Origin: Basidiobolus meristosporus CBS 931.73
Lineage: Eukaryota; Fungi; Basidiobolomycota
Assembly: GCA_002104905.1 (NCBI GenBank)
Contig: MCFE01000325.1
Location: forward strand, 30,733-94,732
Direction of reading: 5' to 3'
DNA: 64,000 bases
Within the stretch, counting starts at the first letter, position 1; the number at the start of each line of letters is the position of its first letter. The position numbers were made by a program, and so were the translations under genes. Below are positions 1-11,655 of the stretch, in pieces. The notes beneath the pieces were generated by a model, which ran no database searches, had not been told where the DNA came from, and saw nothing but the letters and a program-made list of their open reading frames with translations.

Positions 1-190
1 TAGAGCAATTCGCGGTGGTCAGCCAACTCACTTTTGCTTGATTGGTGTTTATTGGTGTTAGGTTGTTTACTTTAATCGCACTAGGGAATTAAACAGGTAT
101 CAAGCGTGATTCTGGAGTGGGACTCTGAATGGAAATGATTTATTGGATCCTCATACGAGCTAATTTAACTACTCTGGGTCACTGCTGAGA

Positions 191-2359
191 TCAGTAACGC
201 GCCCTCAGGATGGGCTGGATGACACTGTCAAGGTAGGGTGGGATGCTATTAGTTGGATTGTTTCTCTCGACCAGGGAGAAGTAGGCCGTGTACACGTCCC
301 CATCGTATCTGCCTAGGGGTGAGTTGATAATGTGGTCGGAATAATTGAATGAGTCCACCAAAGGAATGGCGTCTGGCCGGATGGTGGCGCACAACCTATT
401 CACCTCGGCGTCGATCAGGTCCAGGTGATCCGGGCTAAAGTATCCGCTTGCCAGGAATGGACCGGAGTTCTGCTGGATGCTATACAGTCCGTAGAGCAAA
501 CACAGCCGGCTAAGGATCGATTTCAACGAGTCGGGCGCTGCATAGATCTTGTCGACAAAATTCCGGTAGAGGAAAGCGTAATGGTGCATGCGCGCGGCAT
601 GGAGCCTCTCCACTGCACAGATCTCCATCGCCTGGTGCTTGGTGTGGCCGGCAAGGTTGGTCTCATACTTCCGGTTCGCCTTTTCCACCGCCCTCATGGC
701 AACCACGAACCATGCCTCGCGTATATCCTCCAGCGTGAGGTCGGCGCCGGTGAATGAGGCGGCCGAAGAGCTGTTGGTAGCGTTGCAGATACTCCACCAC
801 CCACGAAACCTTGCGGCCGCGCACCGCGTCTTGATAAGAACTTATCAGGAAGCGACCGGTTTGTAGGGTGAGGATGGTGTTGTCGCCTTCCCAGGTGCAT
901 TGGACCACGAAGTCCTGATAGAGAGAGGCCAATCCTGTGTATGAAGAGTACCCATTTCCACCGCAAGATTGACGACACTGCTCAATCGTATTGACACAGC
1001 TCCATGTGCAAAACGCCTTCAACCCTGCGCTTGTGGCGTGGGTTTCCTTGAGCTGGATGATCACCCGATCCATGTCCTGGCCCTTCTGCAGTTTGGCGAT
1101 GAGGTCGGTGTACATGGTGTCAAGTAGGTTGCTGCTAAACTGGATGGCAAACGTTTGGGCCAGCAATGGGAGAAGCCGGTTCTGGTGAACCAGATAGTCA
1201 AGTATCTTCGTCTCCGGGCGGCCTGGCCCATCGGAGAACTGGCGTCGGGCTGCTGCGTAGCGTAGCGCAATGGTGAGCGCTTTCTTGGAGAAATTGGCGC
1301 TGTCTCGTACCATAGCGACGCGGCCGTTGATGAGCGCCCCGTAGGTGAGCTGTGGCAAGGGGGTCTGGGTCACTTGGCCATCGCGAGTAACCTTCGTGTA
1401 CTTCATCAGCATGTTGTCCCGAGGGATGCGGACCTGTTGAAACCGGATCCAGCCATTGTCGATCCCATCACGGCCCATTTTCTTCCCTATATCGCCAATG
1501 GTGATGCCTGGCAATGTGGCGTACGTCTTGGTATCCCGTAGGGGCACCAGGAAAGTGTGGACCCCGTATCGTTTCCCTTTCACGATCAGCTGGGCGTAGA
1601 CCACCGAGTGGGTCGCCGTGTGTGCGGCATTGCCAATCCACCATTTCGTTGCGGTGATGGTGGGGGTGTTGATGACAAATTCATCCCGAGTGCTATCCCA
1701 AGTGGCGGTCGTTTCCAATCCGGCCAGATTGGAGCCATGGCCAAGTTCGGTCATCGAGAAGGATCCGATCAGTCCGTTCATGTTTATCAAGCCACCCTTG
1801 GCCCAGCGCTGAAACTGCTCGGGAGTTGCCTGCCCTCTCAAACTGTCCATAAAAACTCCGAAGTGTAGCCCAAGTCTGGTGCTAAACCCGGGGTCTAGTA
1901 GACCCAACAAGGTCAGACGGGCGCTCGTTTCCTGTGGGCCGTCCTTGGCGATATGGACCAGCGTGCTCTTGACTCTGGCTAAGGTTTTCTCTCGTACCTG
2001 CAGCAAGGATAAATTATGCTGGTCCTCCATATTCCAAACTGGGTCCGCCTGGATTTCCCTCATGAGTTGCTCGTTGAGCTTCGTGGGCCGCAGAGGAAAG
2101 GTGAGCCAAGAGGATTAGTTAGTTGTCTTGCGCAAGGTAGAGCTTGGCCATGTGCAGTACCTTGGTCTTGCCCTCGCCGCCATCCAGCAGGTAAGTCATC
2201 TCACGTATGTCAAAGGAGGGCCGACTTCTTTCCTCCGATAAATTCCTCTGGGCACTAAGGAGGGAATGCGGGTCAGTGGATCAGTAGCAGCAACAACACC
2301 ACATATCTACAGTGACGTTACTCAGAGACAGGTGCTTTTGGGGAAGGTTTCTCGCTCAT
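191..2359 (-). CDS. POX1: Peroxisomal acyl-CoA oxidase (POX1/ACOX family), 2 introns near the 5' end, one apparent +1 frameshift near 765-770
   Basis: Motifs GSFSMTELGHGSN, TATKWWIG, GKKMGRDGIDNG, CRQSCGGNGYS, CTWEGDN and C-terminal IRPDAIPLVDSF...SPLGRYDGDVY. Manual splicing: ATG at 2359; exon1 2359-2322; GT-AG intron 2321-2255; exon2 2254-2161 (EERSRPSFDIREMTYLLDGG); intron 2160-2079; then in frame with ORF 663..2063. The C-terminal ORF 191..706 is in another frame. Confidence 0.93.
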
Positions 2360-2860
2360 ATTGGACTTGGAGTGGGTCTGAACGGTTACAAGGGATTAAC
2401 TCAATAGTAAACAACGGAAGGCCTAATTTGGGAACAAACTCGGCGAACAGTCATCCACCACATTTATATGGGTTTCTCCGCTATGCTAGTCCGCACCATT
2501 GTCATATGAATGGCTCCTTTAAAACCTCCTGACAAATATCAATCAACCCAACCCAACTATACGCGCAGGGAATTTTCACACATTCTCGGTAAATATGGGA
2601 AACTTAATCGAGGGTGATATTGTAGAACGTGAAATGGACTGGCTATCTGCTTCCCACCATTGCGGTGCCTACCCTCAAGGCTGTGATGGGAACATGTTGA
2701 TTCCCATGGTTTCTGTCAATAGGGCCATTTCCGAAATTCCCACAAACCACCCAGATCGTTGCTGATCATCCACTACATGCACGCAGGATCGACAACCATC
2801 ATACGTTTTGTGATTATTAGGTACAAATGATTCAACTGATTTATTGCGCAGATGTGGGGC

Positions 2861-3854
2861 CTATTTCTTTTTCAGTGCGAACTTGAACGGCTGCGCGTTC
2901 TAGGCAATGCCGGGGTTAGTCAGTTTCCTCGCCGTAGGTTGATCATGGCACTTACCGCGTTCAGCTTGGCTTTTCCAATCCCAAACGATATGGGCTTGTG
3001 TGTGGCGCTAGCGAGACTCGGGGGATTCTCCGAGTCCGGCGAAGCACCCATCGCCGGGCCTTGTTTGGCGGCAGCGGCGGCCATGGCTGCCTCTTGCATT
3101 CGCTTCAGCTCCTTTTCTTCTCTTCTACGGTCCTTCTCCTTGCGCGCCTGTGACGCATCAGGGTTTTTGCTGGATTGCTTCATCTCTTGGAATCTCTGAT
3201 AGAGCTACCGTGTAAGATCTCGGGCCGAGGGAACTCACTCAATGCCGAACAAACCTTCTTGTGATGGTGATCATACGAGGAGAGGTGAGACTCGTATTCG
3301 GAAATCTTCGTGTATTGCTTATCACACAGGGCACAGTAGAAGGCGGAGTTGATCTCATGGATATGTTTCTTCAGGTTTTCCTGTTCGAGCGCTTTTTGCT
3401 ACCCAGGGGTTATCGACCACTCACGAACCGACGTATGCCGAAAGAAATACCTCTCGCAGCGCCTTCTGCTCCTCGCTCTCCTCCGCCATCCTCTCGCTCT
3501 CCATGGCCTTTCGTCTGGAGGTGCTCTCCAGGTGGTGCGCTTGCTCCTCTTCGTATTTTCCCAGACCGAGTCGGTCTTCTTTCAAGAGAACTTTTACCGG
3601 CTCCAGACGACCTGGTGGACCGGTTAGTCATTGTCCGATCGGTCTCGTGCTGCATACTGCTACCTACCTTGTTGTGTGCTCCCAAGCCCTTTGCCTTCCC
3701 AGCCCATTTTCACAAGAAGCTGGTAGCCAACGTTAGTGGAAGAGATTGGGGTATCCACGTCGATCACCTCCGTATCCTCCAGCTCTCCAGCGCTGATCGG
3801 AGCGGGGCCACCGTTCGGTACGAGCTGGAAACGGTCGAAGAAGCTCGGGTCCAA
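2861..3854 (-). CDS. G-patch domain plus C2H2 zinc-finger protein (GPATCH8/ZNF804-like), 5 exons
   Basis: G-patch motif ISSTNVGYQLLVKMGWEGKGLGSTQQG|RLEP. After removing 4 GT-AG introns the frame is continuous through KEDRLGLGK, FYCALCDKQYTKISEYESHLSSYDHHHKK and a coiled-coil region, ending FKFALKKK-TAG at 2863-2861. Confidence 0.88.
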
Positions 3855-4463
3855 GGATAATCCGAGCTCTTTGAGGTAATGCTATATGGGGGACAAAGAA
3901 ATGGACTACCGGGTAAACACTGGTCTAGAAAGGGTTTCGCGAGGCGTTGCAAGGGGTGGGAGGTAGGAACTTCGGTTTCCCCCTTCCCTGGGTGTGGAAT
4001 GGAGTTGACGAACGGGCGATCTGGGTCGTGGTGAGACCTCTGTGATCGCGTTCGGCTCTCTCAGGAGGAGGAAGGAAAGTGTAGCTGAATGTATATTTAC
4101 CGAATTGTCCGACATGTCTTTCGTAGGGTTCACACTTGTTTTCAAGTGGATTCTAACCGTCCAAGGAATCCTGGTGAGATTAATGTCTGGTATCACGTGA
4201 GAGGTGAAGGGGGGGATGATTTGACTATGTCCAACTGAAACCAACCTTAGATTCGCTGGTGAATGTTGGATAAGTTTAAGCTAAATGAGGACGACCTTAT
4301 GCAAACCAATCCGGCAGCCAGATTAGGTTGAGAAATCAACCAGCCGTCAGCAGGAATTGTTTACCCATAGGGGACTCGATTTTTAAGAGGACACCGGGGG
4401 ATTTTTTTCGACCGCATTTCCCCGTAGTGAGCAGTGGGCCAGAGCAGAAAACTCCCTTCCAGG
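3855..4463. promoter_or_regulatory. Probable bidirectional promoter region between the divergent G-patch and SET genes
   Basis: About 610 bp between two head-to-head start codons. Positional inference only; no motif identified. Confidence 0.45.
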
Positions 4464-6534
4464 ATGAAAACCGATTTCGAACAACTCAACGAGAACTTTG
4501 TCCGCTGGCTGAAAGCGGAGGGTTCGACCTTCTCCCCCAAGATTGCCTTCAAGGATTACTCGAACGAGGGGGCTGGGCGCGGGGTTTACGCGCTGGAGGA
4601 TATCAAGGTAAGTGGAGTCAGGGCGACTTGGAGGTGGCCGTTTCTGGAGGTTATTCACCCCACCCGGTTTCACATAGGACACCGAGGTTCTCTTCACCTT
4701 ACCTCGTACTGTGTTGCTCTCCGTGAAGAACTCGGAGCTCTCGCAGAAGCTTTCGTTGGACGAGTTGGACGGTTGGAACCCACTGATTCTGTAAGTCCTT
4801 GGTGGGCTGTCCTCGGGGTTGACTGGACCTTGTTAACCTTTGCTCTGTGTTAGGTGTATGATCTATGAGAGCACCAAGGAGGACTCGAAGTGGTCCCCTT
4901 ATTTTGGTAAGCTGGTCGAACTGACCCTTGAAGCTGGTTCCACGACTAACCTCGCTTTACCGCCTACTACAGAGATCCTCCCGAAGGAGTTCCACACGCC
5001 GATGTTTTGGTCGGAAGAGGAGCAGAAGGAGCTGACCGGAACCGGGGTGATCGGTACGGGGATTTCGCGTCGAACGTTCGACCGACCACCACTAACGTGA
5101 CTTGCGCTCGTAGACAAGATAGGAAAGGAGCAGGCGGAGCAGAATTTCAGGGAGACCATCCTGCCTTTGATTGAGGTGATCGTTCGGGTTGCGATGCTAT
5201 GCGGATGAGCGGTCTTTTTAACTGGTGGATATTTAGGAGCACGAAGAGCTGTTCCCTAAGGGTGTCGACTACCTTTCCCTCTTCCACCGGATGGGCTCGT
5301 TGATCATGGCCTATAGCTTTATCGACGAGGCGCCGAGCGAGGATTCGGATTCGGATGCTGACTCGGACGACGAGGTGGAAGGGGAGGTGACCATGGTCCC
5401 CATGGCGGATATGCTGAATCACAAGACCGGCTTCAACAACGTGGGTGGTCCTCTCCCCCTTGGCTTCAGATCGATGCTTAACCAATTTCCAGGCTAGGCT
5501 GTTCTACGAGGAGGATCGTCTCGGCATGTGCGCCATCAAAAATATCCAGGCTGGTGAACAGATTGTAAGCATTCAGCATCCCCCCCACGTCTGTGACCCT
5601 TCTTTCTGACCTTTGTTTACTTAGTTCAATACTTATGGTGACCTGTGCTCGGCTGGTAATCCGATCTCCCGGAGCCTTCCTATTTCCTGCACCATAGTGA
5701 CCCCTCTTCTCCACCCTAGATCTTCTCCGCAAGTACGGCTTCGTGGACGAGGAGAACCCGAACGATATCGTGGAGATCAACGGAGAGTCCCTGGTCAACG
5801 CGTACTCCACTGAGGAGGAGGACAAGGCGGACAGGGTGAGCAAGTTTACGAGAGATCTAACTGATGTGGCTAGCTAACCGCTGGATTCCCCTCCCCCCAT
5901 CACTCAGGTTGAATTCCTACTAGACAACGGCATATTAGACGAGTAAGTGCAAGGTTCCTTTCCTCCCTCCCCCCCCTACATTTCTTCTCAACCCCAACCT
6001 GTTACAGCTGTTTCGTGATTGAGGTGGACGCCGAGATCCCCCCGGAGATGATCGTCACCGGTAAGCGGTAGTCCCCTTTTTTCCCTCCGAGGCTCCCACC
6101 CGGTTAACCTTCCTCTCGAACGCTCCTAGCCAAGGTGCTCTCCATGAGCCCCGCCGATTTCGCCAAACTCCAGAAAACCGAGAAATTCCCCAAGCCCAAG
6201 CTGACCCCGGAGATCTCCCAGGTGTTCCTGGAGCTCCTTAGGGCTCGGGCCAGTCAGTATCTCACCACGTACGAGGTAAGACTCTCCCCTTTCCCAAACG
6301 GGGTCAACCCTACCCATTCACTCAACACCCTTTCTCCCCTCACGTCTGCAGGAGGACCTCGAGCGGTACACCCAGGCCAAGCAGAATCCCGACTCCCTAA
6401 GCCGAAACGGACGAAACGCCCTGGTGGTACGCGTGGGTGAGCGAACCATCCTCAAGACGGCCATCGAGAGACTGGAGAAATCCCTCCGGGAAGAGGCGCC
6501 CTCCTCCCCCGCCAAACGTCAGAAGACCCACTGA
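4464..6534 (+). CDS. SET-domain N-lysine methyltransferase, SETD6/Rkm4-like, 13 exons
   Basis: Manual splicing with 12 GT-AG introns gives an uninterrupted frame: GAGRGVYALEDIK, KWSPYF, LPKEFHTPMFWS, MVPMADMLNHK, NIQAGEQIFNTYG, LLRKYGFVDEENPND, then a substrate-binding C-terminal region and TGA at 6532-6534. Confidence 0.9.
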
Positions 6535-6605
6535 TTCTCCCCGGTGGTGGTGTTGGTATAGATTACATAGAACCGTTCAAATAAAATCCCCCTTCTTCCA
6601 ATGGA

Positions 6606-7630
6606 TCAATCTTGGGGCATCCTAGGGATGGCGTTGTTGGATGGGAGTGGAGGTTGGAAATAATCTGTTGGGGAGTGAGGCTTCACCACTGGATCCGTGC
6701 TTGTATCACTGTGGCACACATCTTGGACTCTGGACATGATCAGTAGCGGTGTGCTTTCACTGGTAGAAGTTTTCCACACCTTGCCAAACCTTGCCAACTT
6801 TGAGATACAGTGCACACCAAACAGGATGGTTTTTGGACCCCCTGGAAGAGTTTCCATCACCTCAAGTTCCCATCATGCTGATGTATTGACCTTGATGAAC
6901 TCCATATTGGAAGTGCCAGGTGCAAAATTGAAAATCCATCAACGCCTGAATGCTAAATTTGATATTGTTGCCATGAACAAGTGCTCAGGAGATACCAGGA
7001 AGTTGTACTGGGAGAAGTTTCAATGTGCCAGGGAGTTGTTACAGTAACAAACCCACTTCACACAAGCAAATCTTGAATAGGGGGGGGCTCAGGGTTGCCT
7101 TTTACAGCAAGTATGGTTTGACTGTCATGGAATTTTGCATTAACATCCAAATATTTGTATCAACTTGCCTTATGAAAATAATATGGTCCTGTAGTTGGAT
7201 CCAATCCAGATCAGCCATCAGGATCCCACAATGAGGCTGTCATAATGCCAGCAGCTTGGAATTCTTGACCCTCTTTATAATGTTACAGTGGGATTGTGAT
7301 GGTGATTTGCTGCCTTTAATGCCAAATATGGTAACACACATTATAATGTTTTGACAGCCTTATAGTAGGGCTTATATAGCATTATGGTGGTCCTGATGTA
7401 ACCCACATGTGTTTGACAGGACCTAGCCAGCCAATAAATGCAGTTGCCACATATGGTGAAAAACTTGATGGGGCTTTGATGGTCTACTGCTGGTCCTGTA
7501 TAGTGTTACCATACCAATTTACCAAATGGTATTTCATTATTTTACCTCCCCTTGTGCCATTTATGTCTTCCACTGTAGAATCACATCCCTTCATTAGCTC
7601 AACCACCACTAACATGGGTGTTCTCCTATG
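6606..7630 (-). pseudogene. 3' part of a CACTA-like element: end of the transposase plus a decayed downstream reading frame (ORF3)
   Basis: 7200-7630 is homologous to segments at ~25800, ~28600, ~44950 and ~54050. The minus frame EGQEFQAAGIMTASLWDPDG*SGLDP...VKWVCYCNNSLAH*NFSQYNFL is broken mainly by TGA codons consistent with CGA>TGA. Confidence 0.6.
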
Positions 7631-7639
7631 AATCTTGTG

Positions 7640-7864
7640 AATCTAGCTAAATACTCACCTAACTTGGTTACGGGATTATTACCTACAAATCTTGGAGAAT
7701 TCTGATCAAGTTCCTTGTTGGGATTAACTTGGATTTTATCACCTAAACATCAGGTACACAGAACATGAATTTCTCAATGATGACAAAACAGCCCCAAACT
7801 TTGCCCATATGCTCTTGGTGTTGTAAAAATTTGTAATTCCACCTAAATATTCACCTAACTTAGT
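7640..7864 (+). repeat. Copia family A LTR fragments (a second LTR start TGTTGTAAAAATTTG at 7819 inside an older LTR)
   Basis: Similar to the LTR at 16693-17041 (AAACAGCCCCAAACTTTG, CCACCTAAATATTCACCT). Confidence 0.75.
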
Positions 7865-7889
7865 AGACTTGTTCTGTTGGATAGTGTCT

Positions 7890-10800
7890 CCAGCTTAGGT
7901 AGACCTTTTTCTATTTACCTCTACCTTTATCACTACCAGATCCTTCATTGCTACTTTGACTGAGTGCTTCTTTAGTTGAACTACACTTCTTCCTTGATAA
8001 ATGCTATGCTGGTGCATCTGCATCTGTTTCCTTTTCCCTCATTGGCACTCTTCCAGCTACCTGATGTCTCTTTGACACTTGTTTGGATCTTTTAGCCTTG
8101 CTTGTAACAGGCTCTTGAGGAAGCCACTGGTTTTTAGCCACCACACTTTTGTTCTTCTGCCTTCAATAGATTTTGCTATTCTTGAGATACTTTCTTAGTG
8201 CACCAATGCTGGCGCAAAATCTGTTTGCTTGTTTGAATCCAGCTTAATGTTCATGGAGCAAGTCAAGTGCATTCTTCTTGGCCTTGAATTCCTGATGGGC
8301 CCATTGTATGCCAGCCTTAAGGTGTTGGCATGCTAGACTTCTAACTGCCTCTTAAATATTAGCACACTCTTCACCATTGCACTCAATGGCTTCATAGATT
8401 GCCAACAACTTTTGATTATTAGGCATTGGTATAAACACTATATTTTCTCCCTCTCATGCTGTGATAGGTTTTTCTGTGGGCATTATCTTTGGCACAGTTG
8501 TTGTGCTTCAATGACTGTATGCTGTTCCTCTGCTGTTACATTGGTAAGTGGCTCAATTCTTGGCTGTGACATTGAGCCACTTGAGTTCCTTCTTTGCAGC
8601 AAAGATACTGCTTTCTCTACCTGGGATATTAATTGCTCTACACTTACAATCCACTCATCCTGTTTCTGGACTATTTCCAGTTTTCTCTGGGCCATTGGAT
8701 CTATGCTATTGGCTACTACACCTAATTGCCTCATTAATGCTTTGGTATGAGCTGACAAAGTACTTGCTAAAATGGGTGGTGGTGATGTTATGACAGCTAC
8801 TTGCTGGTCTTCAACTAAAGGTACTGCTTTTGCTACATTCCCATCTGATTCAGTACCATGGCCAGCTTGTGGCTCTACAGAGAATCCCAATTGCCCACTT
8901 GACTGAGAGCCTGAGGAGTCCACATTATTACCTTCAGTGGGAACACTGTCCACAGGGCCTTTTTTGGTTGTATCCGGCTTGTTGCACTGAATGTCAAAGC
9001 AAGCTGTTGTCTAGGCATTCTTCTGCTGCTGCCAGTGGTGGGGCTTGGTTGGGATTCAGACAACTATGCTTTATTTGTTGGTGGCATATATATGGAAGTG
9101 AGACAAACCAATGGAGAAATGGTATTTCATGTACATGTGAATGTGGTGCCACAACTACTTTTATAATGCTTACTATGGCAGGCCATCAATGAATCTTGCA
9201 TTCATATAGGTGCAATGTCTCAAGTACAAAACTGTCTTAAATTCACATGAGTATTGACAAAAAAATGATATTATAGCATTACATTGTTGAGTGTCAAGCT
9301 CTCTGCCCCATGGACAAGACTACTTTGATTCAGCACCATTAGAGACAGCATAGGAAGTATTACAAGGATCATGGCCAGTGTTTTGCCACACAATTCATAT
9401 TTGACCATTCATCAGTCACTACTGTGCCAACAATATCTTGGAGGCCACTTTATACTCAATAGCAGCACCTGGCTGTACTTGTCACCTTGCACATACTGAG
9501 TCAGGTGAGTTTGTGACATCCTTAGGCTCACCCCAGCCTTCAGAATATGGCACACAGTGTGATAGCTTTGAAGAAGCAGGCTTACTGATGGATTGTGAGC
9601 CTATCTCCTCTAACAACAGTACCATGCATGAGTGTAGCAAAATCCCATCATGCAATGAGACAACACCCATGGAAGAGAATTACAAGGATACTTTAAGAAG
9701 TCAAGTGAGCCCAGTAATCCATATACTGGTGAGTGATGTGATGTTGTGGCAAGTGAAATGGCATGTTCCCACTAATTTCAGTAATGGGGGCTTTGAGAAT
9801 CTACTATAAGTTCTTGTCAAGATCATCCTTGGATGCAACTTACTGTGTGCATATCATAAATAGACAACCTTCATGCAGCTGGCAACATATGACCCTGAGA
9901 ATGTCCTGATACCAGCATGTGTTAACAGCTGCATGCCATTCACATCAGAAAATGCCACCATTGCAAGGAGTCTAACTTGTCCAAAATCCATCACCATTGA
10001 GGGAAAGCATCATTCACACTCTGCATTCATCCCAGTAATACCCTTTCTAAAGAAGCTTCTACAGTCTGACAAGTATTGTGACACTATCAAGTACTACACT
10101 CAGTATGAATCAAGCACAAACATATCCAACATATCTGATGGCAAACATTGCAAACAGCCAAGAAGCAAGGGCTACTCTGAAGGTATGTATCACCATGCCC
10201 TTGCCTTAGCACTTGATGGATTCTCATTAAACAAGTGGTCTGCTGGCAAATTCTGCTTACCACTGATTATCCTCAACCTTAATCTGCCACCTATCTTACA
10301 GTATCAGAGCAGAAATATGATGATAGTCTCACTGGTATCTGGGCCTAAATCATTGTCCAACCTGGATAGCTACCTTTGCTAATGCTGGATGAGTTTGGTA
10401 TGATTTTCCGTGAGATAAGGGTAAATGGCCATCATGTCAAAGCACATATTACTATCTGCATTGAAGATACACCAGCCATCAGTAAAAATGCCATCTTTTC
10501 TGGGCAAAATGGATAGTATAGTTGTCATATGTGTGAGGCCCAGGGGACTTACTCCATTACCCAATCACTAACACCAAGAGCTTCATCTTTCACATAGGGA
10601 ACATATGGAAGTCAGCATGCAATTGCAGCAAAGTTGACAAGCTAAAAGCCATCAGCAAGAATATGGAATTAATTAGAAACCAGGGATACTTAAGATAGAG
10701 GGCATCTGTTGGAGCAAAAGCATTCCACTGGGAGCAATGCATTTGCTTTTCAACAATATCTATATACTGCTGACCAAGTTGTACATGGGGCATTTCAAGC

Positions 10801-10914
10801 TAAATGCACCCTTTGAGATACCAGAGAAGTTTGAAAGAATTAGCAAGACATTACAGAATATGCATGGCCCTAAGTACTGCTCAGGAGCTCAAATCAACAT
10901 TCCTCCACATATGC
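7890..10914 (+). mobile_element. Degenerate CACTA/EnSpm-like DNA transposon: ORF2 remnant on minus (~7890-9100) and Transposase_21-type gene on plus (~9250-10914), truncated by an LTR
   Basis: ORF 9873..10382 has ISDGKHCKQ...ALALDGFSLNK...PLIILNLNLPP..QYQSRNM..VSGPKSLSNLDSYL, typical of tnp2/Transposase_21. Minus ORF 8483..8953 recurs in other copies. Confidence 0.8.
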
Positions 10915-11655
10915 TGTTGTAAGAGTCATGGAGATATCGTAAGTGATTAGGGAGGACAAGTAGATTATGTGGTTTTCACTCAATGATTTATTGAATGTAA
11001 AAGTAGTATTTATACTTTTACATGGTATTGGCACTACATGCATGTAAAATAGATTAAGGAAGGTTCCAAGAACATGTGTGCAAAGTTTGGGGCTGTTTGG
11101 ACAACTTTGAGAATTATCATGTTCTGGGTACCTGGTAACTTGGTGAAAATATTCTAAGTAAATCCCAACAAGGAATTTGGTTGGTATTCTCTAGTATTTG
11201 AAGGTAATGATCTAAGTGACTAAGTTAGGTGAATATTTAGGTGGAAATACAAATTTTTACAACACTCCCACTCAGCTAAATGTTCATACTGACTAGTCCT
11301 AATTGTATACATCCTTGATTATCTTGAAATAAAGTAATAGGCATTTTTTGACATAGGCCTAAATCTGTAAAAAGCTTTCTTAACCACATTGCTTCTTTTG
11401 TAGCTTCACAGGCTGCCATATACTCTGCCTCTGTGGTAGAAAGTGCTATGGTTGGTTGCATTCTTGAATTCCATGGAATTGCTCCTTTACAGTAAAGAAA
11501 GGTGTATCCTGTGGTGGATCTTCTGTCTCCAAATCTCATCCCCAATCAGCTTCAGAGTATCCCACAAGATCCTGTTCTAAATCCTTATAAGTGCATCTTA
11601 GGCAGATATCAGCAGTTCCTTTTAGGTATCTAAAGGTCCACTTAACTGCTGCAAT

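Noticed and set aside
3906-4726. Short ORFs in the divergent intergenic region and overlapping the SET 5' end
   Set aside because: No recognisable motifs. They are expected by chance in GC-rich DNA or are alternative frames of real exons.
4464-6534. Functional link between the SET-domain gene and the adjacent silenced block
   Set aside because: The protein resembles SETD6/Rkm4 (non-histone substrates), not Clr4/DIM-5, so adjacency alone is no evidence.
6697-7047. 116-aa plus-strand ORF as a fourth host gene
   Set aside because: It is the in-phase antisense shadow of the decayed minus frame. The minus frame has the host-like C-ending codon bias and is conserved in other copies.
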